A DNA stretch of 64,000 nucleotides from a virus, in IMG/VR virus record IMGVR_UViG_3300027387_000003, positions 1 to 64,000 of that record; one strand, 5' to 3'. Positions 21,101 to 29,515 of this stretch are shown one piece after another. Made by a program: the position numbers and the translations under genes. Within the stretch, counting starts at the first letter, position 1. Each line of letters opens with the position of its first letter. The notes below the pieces were generated by a model. The model did no database searches and was not told the origin of the DNA. It saw nothing but the letters and a program-made list of their open reading frames with translations.

Positions 21101-21835
21101 ATTTCAACCCAAGCTTCTACTACACAGGATTACTACGCACGTGGTCTTGATGCTATCCAGAACACTGGAGCAGGTGGCGGTGGTGGTGGTTCTAACTGGA
21201 CTAACACTCCACAGACACTTCTTACACACAACTCTGCACAGGTAGCGGTTAACTACGAAGCAATTACATCTGAATTCTTTAAGTGGAATCCAGTTTACAA
21301 CGCAGTAACCAACATCTCAGCACAGGCTGGCTTCTACGGTTCAAACGTTCTACGTACAGTTATTCAGGATACAGGTAATGCCAAGGTTACAACTTCATGG
21401 CAGTCATTCCCAATCCTTCCACGTATTGCGCTAGTATTCCCTGGTGTGGCTGCACGTCTAACAACTGCTCCTGGCGGTGTTACATCTGCACAGTTCACTG
21501 GTCTACCAAAGCGTGTACGTCCAACAGTTCGCTGGAAGAACCAGAGCAACGTCATCCTACGCGAAGACCGCCCTCCATTTGACATCGTGTTCTCAGGTAC
21601 TAACACAATTACCTTCCTTGGACCAACAGGTGCTACATCTGGTTACTGGCAGACACTTGCAGCTCCTGCAGAAGCATCATTCTTTGATGTGACATGGGAG
21701 TACCTATACATGGATGCTGGAGACGTCGTTGACGTTGACCTTAACGGTTGCCAGTACTTCGGATACCAGAGCTTTGGTGGAAACGGCGCAGATGGCTTTG
21801 CTATGATTCGCTGGTTCGACAAGGCAGTACTCTAA
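18164..21835 (+). CDS. glycine-rich tail fibre / receptor-binding protein with carbohydrate-binding-like modules
   Basis: 'TFTASGTWTAPAGVT...VGAGGGGG' Gly-rich domain at both ends; 'WRRLSATF', 'IDNLQLEAG' CBM-like segments. Confidence 0.8.
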   Translation: MAISSSKDFIVFPNDNSGRLFINEATFTASGTWTAPAGVTSAQIILVGAGGGGGGGSQDIAGGGGAGGQVIVKNLSVTPLTTYNVTIGAGGQGGQGAINGAADTTNTLPGGNGSATVFGNITIANLLVNSDFDYNINSWDAATYYRSATGISGQSAITVYPNASGLATGQFVTGTNLGTNAQIVSISGNTVTLSVANTGTVATVVGIGQGSTVVRPSNVYFYNISSAGSDITTNPQTGNTAGSPYFTNLSNNIMQPEVAQLEEAAILTNNYIRQYGTALSSFSITNAGVPTKLPEMVGGYSKVISTVLNSTTVTVDSTLNIYPNMYIVGNMFASGTVVLSVDSLTSITVSAAATSNQTNQTVTISYSGAFGINGLIAGTSSSTSAGAPTWIQFSTMNSTTTSNGTQTSTSFQGVPYIPGQTYTMTAYISTNVNISTSTPILFQIRSAGASWNAISSTSYLGGSNSGTTNSIDAGQANGFFVRQTIPATLTNYGGAFTASGTGSNGATVITVDNATGILIGMAVTGSGIQSNTVVSNLVGTSVTLSLATNAPLSGTSLTFGNPSGVQMLGSNVTVGQNGWRRLSATFSTPAIASALANGTYQWGSTPQFIHPVIVFQQPSVNFWIDNLQLEAGNTATTWRMPVYREAQSMLMQTNSTNGANLETSHRFVRVTPGVQYSGSAFVVATGTANQYRPTRAYIEYFDADYNSILRTEGNNVFIPISGVATATQQMPSVTYPVRVAVNGVAAPTAARFAKFGILNFQGAQSATGTVSEYHILAPQLEPAAVATTYKKVDNVNFFYAGQAGLTPIVNSLGTLSAEGGGGGGTWNTNSRHWQYGLQGGNNGGHAAQGSSTFTTLAGGGAGAGSVGQPAIMYGTPVSSSNSVDQYRTTAGSSQQIWPMRGHQGGFAVWHTTTTGTGHVMGRAGDGGTGVLLNGLNSGSPLGLPLGGGGGGAGWNASNSQTQATPGMGQNGGGKGAPTWISTQASTTQDYYARGLDAIQNTGAGGGGGGSNWTNTPQTLLTHNSAQVAVNYEAITSEFFKWNPVYNAVTNISAQAGFYGSNVLRTVIQDTGNAKVTTSWQSFPILPRIALVFPGVAARLTTAPGGVTSAQFTGLPKRVRPTVRWKNQSNVILREDRPPFDIVFSGTNTITFLGPTGATSGYWQTLAAPAEASFFDVTWEYLYMDAGDVVDVDLNGCQYFGYQSFGGNGADGFAMIRWFDKAVL

Positions 21836-21846
21836 GGAGATAGATA

Positions 21847-22146
21847 ATGGCAAAATACGCATTCGTTGATAACGACATCATTACTCAGGTAATGGTTGCA
21901 AACTCAGAGGCTGACCTAGGAGCACTAGGTCAGTTATTTGAGGTAGTTAATATCGATGGTCTGAACCCAGAACCATCACGTGATTGGACCCGCGCTAACG
22001 GCGTATGGTTCCCACCTTCAACTCCAGAAGCAGCTAAGGCTCTTTGGAATGGCGCTGGGTTTGATGACCCAGATGCACCAAAAGCAGTAGAAGCTCCAGA
22101 AGAAGAAGAAGAAGAAGACAAACCTGCTAAGAAAGCGAGCAAGTAA
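21847..22146 (+). CDS. tail fibre assembly-like small protein
   Basis: Follows the fibre gene; 'YAFVDN.I.....V' N-terminus. Confidence 0.55.
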   Translation: MAKYAFVDNDIITQVMVANSEADLGALGQLFEVVNIDGLNPEPSRDWTRANGVWFPPSTPEAAKALWNGAGFDDPDAPKAVEAPEEEEEEDKPAKKASK

Positions 22147-22529
22147 TGGCAATTTCCTCACAGCCAACGGTGTTGGCACAGTCTAACGATGCCTACATCA
22201 ATGTGGGGGTTACAGGCCGTCTTCAAAATCTTGTAGGACAGACAGGCGCTGTATCTATCAATCCAACAAACGGTTCATTTATCCGTATTGCTAACCCAGT
22301 AGGTGCTGTAACAGTAACCTTCACTGGTGTGCCATCAGGATATGGAACACGTTGGCAAGTAGAAGTTGCAAACCGTGGCGCTAACGCTGTGGCTTTCAAT
22401 GGTGTTACTTGGGATGGCGGCTCAGCCCCTACTATTGCATCAGGTACAAACAAGTCAGTTCTTGTATTCTACTCACCAGATGGTGGAACAACCATCTACG
22501 GTCGTCTAGAGTTTGCAACACTAGCTTAA
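22146..22529 (+). CDS. fibre-associated structural protein
   Basis: 'W.GGSAPT.......VL.F...DGGTT.YG' motif typical of phage fibre C-terminal domains. Confidence 0.65.
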   Translation: MAISSQPTVLAQSNDAYINVGVTGRLQNLVGQTGAVSINPTNGSFIRIANPVGAVTVTFTGVPSGYGTRWQVEVANRGANAVAFNGVTWDGGSAPTIASGTNKSVLVFYSPDGGTTIYGRLEFATLA

Positions 22530-22544
22530 TAATTAAGATTAGTT

Positions 22545-22583
22545 CCCCACCGTCCTACGGGACTGGTGGGGCTTTTCTTTTTT
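22545..22583 (+). terminator. intrinsic terminator
   Basis: CCCCACCGTCC-TACG-GGACTGGTGGGG followed by T-rich tract. Confidence 0.8.
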
Positions 22584-22600
22584 AGGAGTATAATAAGCGT

Positions 22601-23656
22601 ATGAAAATAGCCGTATACACTATCGCCCTCAATGAAGAGCAGTTTGTAGAACGCTGGTATGAGTCTTGCAAAGACGCTGACTACCTAATGATTGCTGATA
22701 CTGGTTCTATAGATGGCACAGTTGAAAAAGCACGTGCCTTAGGAATCAACGTACATGTAATAAGCGTACGACCATGGCGGTTTGATGATGCTAGAAATGC
22801 GGCTCTTGCCCTACTCCCAGATGATATTGATATATGCATCTCTTTGGATATGGATGAGCTCTTAGCCCCAAACTGGCGTAAGGAGATAGAGAAAGCTCCT
22901 AAGGGAACTACCCGTATTCGATACAACTACACATGGAACTTTAACCCAGATGGCTCTCCTGGATTAGTATTTGGTGGTGACAAGATTCACGCTCGTCACG
23001 GTTACCGTTGGGTACATCCTGTACACGAGTGTCTATACACAGACCGCTTAGAAGAAAAAGAGTATTGGTCTCAACTAGGGCTGTGGCACAAGGCGGATGA
23101 CAGTAAATCTCGCAGTCAGTACCTTCCACTACTCAAACTATCGATAGAAGAAGACCCACACAACGACCGTAACGCCTACTACTACGCTCGTGAACTGTTC
23201 TTCCATGGTCGCTTAGAAGAAGCTAAAGCTCAGTTTGAACGACACCTATCTCTACCTAAAGCTGTATGGAAAGCAGAACGTGCAGCATCTATGCGTTATA
23301 TAGCTAAGTGCTCTATTGATGAGGACGAGAAGCTTAAGTGGTGGAAGCTAGCTATGCAGGAAGAGCCTGGCAAACGTGAAGCCTATGTTGAGCTAGCCCA
23401 GTTCCATTACGATAAAGGCCGCATGTCAGAGTGCTACACGCTCTGTAAGAAGGCAATCAATATTAAAGAACGTCAATTAGATTATTTAAATGAAGCATTT
23501 GCCTGGGGCCATATTCCATATGACCTAGCTGCAGTATGTGCGTATTGGCTAGGTGAAAGAGAAAAGGCTTTGGAGTTTGGACAAAAGGCAGTGGAGCTTA
23601 GCCCTACAGATGAACGATTACTTAGTAACCTAGAGTTCTACAAACAGGGAGTCTAA
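22601..23656 (+). CDS. glycosyltransferase family 2 with TPR repeats
   Basis: 'IALNEE', 'DTGSIDGT', 'FDDARN', 'LDMDE' (DxD), 'VHE'; C-terminal TPR-like helices. Confidence 0.9.
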   Translation: MKIAVYTIALNEEQFVERWYESCKDADYLMIADTGSIDGTVEKARALGINVHVISVRPWRFDDARNAALALLPDDIDICISLDMDELLAPNWRKEIEKAPKGTTRIRYNYTWNFNPDGSPGLVFGGDKIHARHGYRWVHPVHECLYTDRLEEKEYWSQLGLWHKADDSKSRSQYLPLLKLSIEEDPHNDRNAYYYARELFFHGRLEEAKAQFERHLSLPKAVWKAERAASMRYIAKCSIDEDEKLKWWKLAMQEEPGKREAYVELAQFHYDKGRMSECYTLCKKAINIKERQLDYLNEAFAWGHIPYDLAAVCAYWLGEREKALEFGQKAVELSPTDERLLSNLEFYKQGV

Positions 23657-24177
23657 TGAGAGCTCATAAGCCAGGCGGTAGATTTGACGCAGACTTTGAG
23701 ACTACCGCCATCCTTAAAGGCGTTGACACAGACCTAAAACATCCAGTAGGAACAAATGCTGACTGGTGGGTTTTTGATTCGGTCAATACAGAACTAGACC
23801 CCATCTATGACGTTGGTCAGGATATTACATCCTCTGTAGGTGGCAAGGTTTGGACTGGCCCATACTCAGTCCCAGTAGTAAGAGCCGTCATCAAGCAAGG
23901 TGAGGCTAGGACTTCAGCAGTGGGTTTCTATAACTCAGACACTTTGCACCTAACTTTCAACATTGAAGACGTACAGAAGTTTGCACCTAACATTATTATC
24001 CGCCCAGATATCAACAACCGTGACCGTGTGGTCTGGCGTGGTCAGGTATACCGCCCATATGCTATCCAAGAGCGCGGAATTGTTGCTGACAGATTTACCA
24101 TCCTCAGCGTAGAATGTATTCAGCTGATGCCTGAAGAGATGGTCAACGACCCTCAATTTGCTCAGTACGCTAACTAA
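23656..24177 (+). CDS. head-closure / neck protein
   Basis: Beta-rich; 'DRVVWRGQVY' typical of head-tail joining proteins; position before tail genes. Confidence 0.55.
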   Translation: MRAHKPGGRFDADFETTAILKGVDTDLKHPVGTNADWWVFDSVNTELDPIYDVGQDITSSVGGKVWTGPYSVPVVRAVIKQGEARTSAVGFYNSDTLHLTFNIEDVQKFAPNIIIRPDINNRDRVVWRGQVYRPYAIQERGIVADRFTILSVECIQLMPEEMVNDPQFAQYAN

Positions 24178-24186
24178 GGAGTCTAC

Positions 24187-24480
24187 ATGGCTGTTATTCA
24201 TGATGTGTTCACCGTAGGAACAAGTCCTACGCTTATCTGTGAAATCCCAAAGAAGTGCCCTCCCACTGCTGTTTTAATCTTTAATGATGACAACAACCCT
24301 ATTTATATTGGGGATATAGATATAGCTACCTCTGGCAGTAGTCTTGGATTAAAGGTACCTAAGTCAACCGCTACTACACAGGTGTGGCTAAACGCTGGTG
24401 ATAAGTTATACGCTATTTCTTCTGCAGGAACATCTGCAAATGCTATAGCTGTTCTATGGTCAAAGGTGATTGCGGATTAA
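24187..24480 (+). CDS. hypothetical structural protein
   Basis: AAGGAG RBS; small beta-sandwich pattern 'IYIG...G..LYAIS'. Confidence 0.6.
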   Translation: MAVIHDVFTVGTSPTLICEIPKKCPPTAVLIFNDDNNPIYIGDIDIATSGSSLGLKVPKSTATTQVWLNAGDKLYAISSAGTSANAIAVLWSKVIAD

Positions 24481-24481
24481 T

Positions 24482-24622
24482 ATGGCTAAAGATACTAACC
24501 CTTGCTGGGATGGATACGTCCAAGTAGGTATGAAAAACAAAGGTGGCAAGAAAGTTCCGAACTGCGTTCCTGCAGGTTCTGGCAAAAAGAAGGTCTCCAA
24601 ACCAAAGAAAGCGAGCAAGTAA
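24482..24622 (+). CDS. small basic protein with PCWDGY...GKKVPNCVP motif (not in ORF track)
   Basis: Hand translation MAKDTNPCWDGYVQVGMKNKGGKKVPNCVPAGSGKKKVSKPKKASK*. Confidence 0.7.
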   Translation: MAKDTNPCWDGYVQVGMKNKGGKKVPNCVPAGSGKKKVSKPKKASK

Positions 24623-24623
24623 T

Positions 24624-24788
24624 ATGTGTGCTACATGTGGATGTATGGGAAAGAAGAAGGCTGCTAAGAAGGTCGCTAAGAAGGCGGCTCCAAAGGGCAT
24701 GTCTCCAAAGCAGAAGAAACTTGATGTTGATAAAGACGGCAAGCTAGAAGGCTCTGACTTTGCTGCCCTACGAAAGAAGAAGAAGTAA
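24624..24788 (+). CDS. small Lys-rich protein, MCATCGC N-terminus and EF-hand-like loop
   Basis: MCATCGCMGKKKAAKK...LDVDKDGKLEGSDFAALRKKKK*. Confidence 0.7.
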   Translation: MCATCGCMGKKKAAKKVAKKAAPKGMSPKQKKLDVDKDGKLEGSDFAALRKKKK

Positions 24789-24928
24789 TGTGTGCTACCT
24801 GCGGCTGCGGTAAGCCAAAAGATAAGCACGGAATGAAGTCCCTAAAGGACGCTAACAAGAAGTTTGCTAAGAAGGCTGCGCCTGCAAAGGCTAAGAAGTC
24901 TTCTATGGTACGAAAGAAAGGCATGTAA
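24788..24928 (+). CDS. small Lys-rich protein, MCATCGC N-terminus (not in ORF track)
   Basis: MCATCGCGKPKDKHGMKSLKDANKKFAKKAAPAKAKKSSMVRKKGM*; TAATG coupling at both ends. Confidence 0.7.
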   Translation: MCATCGCGKPKDKHGMKSLKDANKKFAKKAAPAKAKKSSMVRKKGM

Positions 24929-25212
24929 TGGCTACACCATCATTTATGAAGGGCAAGTACACTAAGTCTAAGGACGAGAAGATGGACTCCCGCTTGCTTA
25001 AGAAAGCTGGTCTTACCGATAAGGAAGAGAAAGCTAAGTTTGAAAAGGCTGACAAGGCTCACGGCAAGAAGAAGAAGCCAGCCACAATTGCTGAAGACCG
25101 TAAGAAAGACGATGCAATTATTAAGAAGATTAAGTCCAAGGAAAAAGCCCATGAAGCCAAGGAAGGCAAGAAGGGCGAAAAGGCTGAGGACAAACGAGAG
25201 AAAAAGAAGTAA
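24928..25212 (+). CDS. Lys/Glu-rich small protein
   Basis: Highly charged 94 aa; TAATG coupling. Confidence 0.7.
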   Translation: MATPSFMKGKYTKSKDEKMDSRLLKKAGLTDKEEKAKFEKADKAHGKKKKPATIAEDRKKDDAIIKKIKSKEKAHEAKEGKKGEKAEDKREKKK

Positions 25213-25218
25213 TCGCTT

Positions 25219-25240
25219 AGGGGCCGAAAGGCCCCTTTGT
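25219..25240 (+). terminator. intrinsic terminator
   Basis: AGGGGCC-GAAA-GGCCCCT-TTGT. Confidence 0.75.
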
Positions 25241-25319
25241 GCTTTATCCTAGTACTGAGTCCATGCGGGACTCAAAGCTTCACCCTTGCGATGTACCTTG
25301 CTAACTCTATGGAGATGTC

Positions 25320-25478
25320 ATGCCCGAGAATAAGAAAATAGACAAAGCGTCTGATATCGAATTCCGCGAGCAGATAACAGAAAACATCCCTGGAGAAATT
25401 GCCAGTCGTATAGTGTGGACTGGAGCTTTAGCATCGTATCTTGTAGGGAAGAAGCTTCGTGCAAAAAGACATAAATAG
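25320..25478 (+). CDS. small hypothetical protein (not in ORF track)
   Basis: GGAG RBS; MPENKKIDKASDIEF...KKLRAKRHK*, 52 aa. Confidence 0.55.
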   Translation: MPENKKIDKASDIEFREQITENIPGEIASRIVWTGALASYLVGKKLRAKRHK

Positions 25479-25794
25479 TTCTGAAGAGCTCGCTACTCTT
25501 TACGCTGAGTCTGCTGCCAAAGAGCTTACTTTGGAGCTTCGAGACCTGGCAGTAGCTGCAGGATGGCCTGCTGATGTGGCTCGTTCCCTTTCCGTTGTTT
25601 TAAGTAACGGCAGTTTAAATATAGATTATCCAGAAAACATGGATAAAAGAATCCAAGATTTAGAGTACGGCAATTCTCAAACCCCTCCTAAGAGCGTGTT
25701 AAGAAAGTTCATGTATCGCACAGAGGGTGTTGCTTCAGCCATTTTAGGTGGAGAAGTGTTAGACCAAATCGTCATGGAAGCTGAGGTGTTCTAA
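25459..25794 (+). CDS. tail completion / neck protein
   Basis: 'LEYG....PP..VLR' motif resembling HK97 gp10-like proteins. Confidence 0.55.
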   Translation: MQKDINSSEELATLYAESAAKELTLELRDLAVAAGWPADVARSLSVVLSNGSLNIDYPENMDKRIQDLEYGNSQTPPKSVLRKFMYRTEGVASAILGGEVLDQIVMEAEVF

Positions 25795-26426
25795 TGGGTA
25801 ACCCGTTTATTGTTGCTGAAGACCTGGCTTTAAAAAGCCATGTTCAAGGCATGCTTGTAGGGGACGAAAAAAACGCCGAACGCCCAGTAAAGGTGTGGTT
25901 TGGATACCCTGATGTTGAAGTACGTGCACAAGAATTCCCGTTTGTAACAATTGACCTTATTGATGTAATCCCTGCAAATGACCGCCAAAACTCTGGCTAC
26001 CTATACGACACTGATAATAGGGGAACAGTGGCTCCAGAAGCTGGGTTTACCTATGTATATGAGATACCAGTTGCTTACGACCTTGTGTATCAAGTAACAA
26101 CATACGCTCGTAATCCTCGCCATGATAGAGCTTTGCTTTATCAGATGTTTAATAAGTTTCCATCTAAATACGGAAAGATAGCTGTGCCAAATGAACTTGG
26201 CACAGAAATTGGCTATCGTTCTATGTTCGTAGATGGATTTGTAAAACGTGATGCAGTAGACGGTGAAACAGGTAATCGCCGTACTCTTCGTAACGTTTAC
26301 ACAGTACGAGTGGTTAGTGAAATGACCCCATCAGTAGCTGCTAAAAAGCTATCTACTGTTGAGGAAATTATTATTAACCTTCCTCAAAACAATTCGTATA
26401 TCCCTTCCGTCTACGAAATCTTGTAA
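25794..26426 (+). CDS. tail terminator / sheath-capping protein
   Basis: Directly before sheath; 'FPFVTIDL', 'DLVYQVT' motifs. Confidence 0.55.
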   Translation: MGNPFIVAEDLALKSHVQGMLVGDEKNAERPVKVWFGYPDVEVRAQEFPFVTIDLIDVIPANDRQNSGYLYDTDNRGTVAPEAGFTYVYEIPVAYDLVYQVTTYARNPRHDRALLYQMFNKFPSKYGKIAVPNELGTEIGYRSMFVDGFVKRDAVDGETGNRRTLRNVYTVRVVSEMTPSVAAKKLSTVEEIIINLPQNNSYIPSVYEIL

Positions 26427-26464
26427 CACATGTTCATTCTGTCTAACTTAAAGGAGATTATCTA

Positions 26465-27967
26465 ATGGCATTTCAACGCCCAGGGGTATACGTCGAAGAG
26501 ACACTAAACCCTATTCAACCAGTTGTTGGAGCTAACTCAGACTCTGTTGCTGCCTTTATTGGTGCAGCTGATAGAGGTCCAGTTGGTGTTCCAACTCTAG
26601 TAACATCTTGGAGCCAGTATGTTGCAGCATTTGGTTCTTGGAACTCAGTAGCAAGCAACGACTTGCCACTTGGTGTCTATATGTATTTCTCAAACGGTGG
26701 AAACCAAGCGTACATTGTACGTGCAGCAAACGCTGCAGTTTTAGCAACACGTTCATTAAATGACCGTGCTGTAAGCCCGTCAGCAACATTAACAATTGCA
26801 GCTAACAGCCCAGGTGCATGGGGAAATAACCTAAACGTTAGTATTGTTAACTCTATTACTACAGGTTATTTTGATTTAATTGTGTACGCTGGTGGAACAA
26901 CAGACTCTAACGTTGTTGAGCGTTTTACAGACCTTAGCATGACACTTTCTGATAACCGTTACGCAATTACATCTGTAAACGCTTCCTCACAGTATGTAAG
27001 ACTAACTGACCTTAACTCAGGTAACACAGGAGCTACACGTAACCCAGCAGTAGTAACCAACCAAGCACTAGCATCAGGTTCAAATGGAAATGCAATTGCT
27101 GGGTCTGACTACTCAACTGCAGCAGCTACCTTAGATACCGTTCTACAATCTTTGGTACTTAACGCTCCAGGAGTAACTGCAGCAGCTACTGTAAATATTT
27201 TGATTAACTATGCGGCTAGCCGTGAAGATGTGTTTGTAGTAATCGATGGTCAAGATACCACCCCAGCTACACAGCTAGCGCTTGCTGCTACCTATACACC
27301 TTCTTCACTTGCAGCTGTTTACTACCCAGCATTAGTAATTGCAGACCCAACAGTCACTATTGGCTCAGCAGCTGGTTTAACAAAAACTGTTGGTGCTGGA
27401 GCTGCTGTAGCTGGATTAATTGCTGCAACTGATTCAGTACGTGGAGTTTTCAAAGCTCCTGCTGGTTTGCAGGCTCGTCTTGCTGGCGTTGTTTCTGCTC
27501 GTCAGCTTACAAATGCAAACCTTGACGCTCTTAACTCAGCTGCTGCTCCAGTAAATGCAATTAAGTTTGTACCTGGTAACGGCTATGTAGTTATGGGCGC
27601 ACGTACTCTTAAGGCTGGTTACGTGGATAAGTACGTACCAGTACGTCGCACACTTATCTACCTACGTAAGTCTCTTACAGACCTAACACAATTTGCAATC
27701 TTTGAGCCAAATGACGAAGCTCTATGGCGTCGAATTGATGCAACTCTTGAAGGGTTCTTAACAGCATTTTGGGCAGAAGGCGGCCTTCGTGGCGCAACTC
27801 CTGACTCAGCGTTCTTCATTAAAATCGATGGGGAAAACAATCCTCAGTATTTGATTGACAATGGAGAAGTGCATATTGAAGTTGGTGTTGCTTTGCAGCG
27901 TCCAGCGGAATTCATTGTAATTAAAATTGGTCAGTTTGACGGTGGAACCACCGTTACTGTGGCGTAA
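26465..27967 (+). CDS. contractile tail sheath protein
   Basis: 'PGVYVEE', 'YFSNGG', 'GVFKAPAG', 'GARTL', 'YVPVRR', 'FEPND', 'PAEFI' motifs. Confidence 0.95.
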   Translation: MAFQRPGVYVEETLNPIQPVVGANSDSVAAFIGAADRGPVGVPTLVTSWSQYVAAFGSWNSVASNDLPLGVYMYFSNGGNQAYIVRAANAAVLATRSLNDRAVSPSATLTIAANSPGAWGNNLNVSIVNSITTGYFDLIVYAGGTTDSNVVERFTDLSMTLSDNRYAITSVNASSQYVRLTDLNSGNTGATRNPAVVTNQALASGSNGNAIAGSDYSTAAATLDTVLQSLVLNAPGVTAAATVNILINYAASREDVFVVIDGQDTTPATQLALAATYTPSSLAAVYYPALVIADPTVTIGSAAGLTKTVGAGAAVAGLIAATDSVRGVFKAPAGLQARLAGVVSARQLTNANLDALNSAAAPVNAIKFVPGNGYVVMGARTLKAGYVDKYVPVRRTLIYLRKSLTDLTQFAIFEPNDEALWRRIDATLEGFLTAFWAEGGLRGATPDSAFFIKIDGENNPQYLIDNGEVHIEVGVALQRPAEFIVIKIGQFDGGTTVTVA

Positions 27968-27981
27968 AGGAGACCCAATAA

Positions 27982-28689
27982 ATGCCAAATCAAGCTAGTA
28001 TCATAAATCGCTTCTCTACATTAGCGTCTGACCCACTTCGTTCGTTTAGGTTTTACGCGGACTTTGTGCCACATAAGGGACAAGATGTATTTGATAAGCG
28101 AATCCTTAATCAAAACAGTGCAAAGCTTCCTACCACAGGTAAGTCTGAAGGTTGGATTGGTGGCTTCAGCCAGATTTCTGGTCTAAGCATTAATACCCAA
28201 TCTATCCAGTATCGTGAAGGCGGCTACAACACCACTGTTCATCAGATTCCTGGTATGACCACATTCACACCTATCACTTTCCAGCGTGGAGTTATCTACG
28301 GTAACGACCAAGCTCAAACATGGATGCGCGGTCTTTTTGGCGCAGTGTCAGGAGAAGGTCTTCGTACCGCTACTAACGCAAAGAGCTTCCGTGTAGATAT
28401 TAATATCTATGTAATGGACCACCTAAGCGGTCCAGGTGCAAGCGATAAGAACGTTGAAAAGATGGTCTTTAAAGTTCACAACGCTTGGATTTCTACACTT
28501 AACTACACAGACCTAAATGCTGCTGACGGAGCGATTCTTTTTGAATCTATGTCAGTTGTACACGAAGGTTTGTCAGTTTCATATACACAAGGTGGAATTG
28601 GAACAACGGGTTCAAGTACAGGTTCTAGCGGTAGCAGCGGCGGTAGCAGCGGTGGCGGCAGTGGTCGTCCTTCTTACCGACCAGTATAA
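27982..28689 (+). CDS. tail tube protein (T4 gp19-like)
   Basis: 'DPLRSFRF', 'GFSQISGL', 'YREGG', 'ITFQRG'; follows sheath. Confidence 0.9.
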   Translation: MPNQASIINRFSTLASDPLRSFRFYADFVPHKGQDVFDKRILNQNSAKLPTTGKSEGWIGGFSQISGLSINTQSIQYREGGYNTTVHQIPGMTTFTPITFQRGVIYGNDQAQTWMRGLFGAVSGEGLRTATNAKSFRVDINIYVMDHLSGPGASDKNVEKMVFKVHNAWISTLNYTDLNAADGAILFESMSVVHEGLSVSYTQGGIGTTGSSTGSSGSSGGSSGGGSGRPSYRPV

Positions 28690-28720
28690 TAAAAGCATTA
28701 AAAACTAAAAGGAGAATAAT

Positions 28721-29515
28721 ATGGCAGAAATCATTACAGATGCACAGCTAATCGAACAATTTGCAGCTCAGGCAATGGAGGAGCCCGCGGCGGTCATTAA
28801 GACGCGGGCACCTTCAGAGTCAGAAGTAAAACTTCCAGGAGGTCATATTGACCAAAATGGGGAGCTTCACATGACAGCAGAGGTTAGAGAACTTACTGGA
28901 GCGGATGAAGAGGCAGTGGCTAAAGCTGGTTCTTCAGGCAAAGCTCTTAATGTTCTTTTAGCAAGAGGTTTAGTAAAGATTGGACCTAACAAAGCTACTA
29001 ACGATGACTTAGACACATTGCTGTCTGGAGACAGAGATGCAATCCTTCTAGGTGTTCGACGAGTAACTTTTGGTCAAACTACTGAACTAATGGTTCGTTG
29101 TAGCCACTGTTCAGATGAGCACACTACAACCCTAGATTTATCATCTGATGTTCCAACTACTTATTTAAAAGATGCAGTAGAAGATAGAACATGGGATATG
29201 GAAACAAAGTCTGGGGTAGTTACCGTAGCTCTACCTAACGGTATTACACAAAAGCGATTGATGGAGAACTATGACAAGACTCCAGCTGAGCTTAATACCT
29301 TACTACTATCTGGATGCATTGTTTCACTAGACGGATACCCATCAGTAGGTTCAGGAACAGCTTTGTCTTTAGGCATGGCTGACAGAAACAGAATTGTAGA
29401 TGAAATCCTTAAGCGCAACCCAGGCCCTCGCCTTGGGGAGGTGACCAAGGCTTGTAAGGCATGTGGAGAAGAAATCTTCCTACCACTGTCCTTGTTAGAT
29501 TTGTTTCGTCTATAG
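28721..29515 (+). CDS. tail assembly chaperone / baseplate hub assembly protein (gpG or T4 gp26-like)
   Basis: 'VRELTGADEE', 'GDRDAILL', two CxxC pairs; between tube and tape measure. Confidence 0.75.
   Translation: MAEIITDAQLIEQFAAQAMEEPAAVIKTRAPSESEVKLPGGHIDQNGELHMTAEVRELTGADEEAVAKAGSSGKALNVLLARGLVKIGPNKATNDDLDTLLSGDRDAILLGVRRVTFGQTTELMVRCSHCSDEHTTTLDLSSDVPTTYLKDAVEDRTWDMETKSGVVTVALPNGITQKRLMENYDKTPAELNTLLLSGCIVSLDGYPSVGSGTALSLGMADRNRIVDEILKRNPGPRLGEVTKACKACGEEIFLPLSLLDLFRL

Noticed and set aside
10869-21835. Many short alternate-frame and antisense ORFs in the collagen and fibre genes
   Set aside because: By-products of repetitive GGT/ACT/CCT codon usage; no RBS or coupling.
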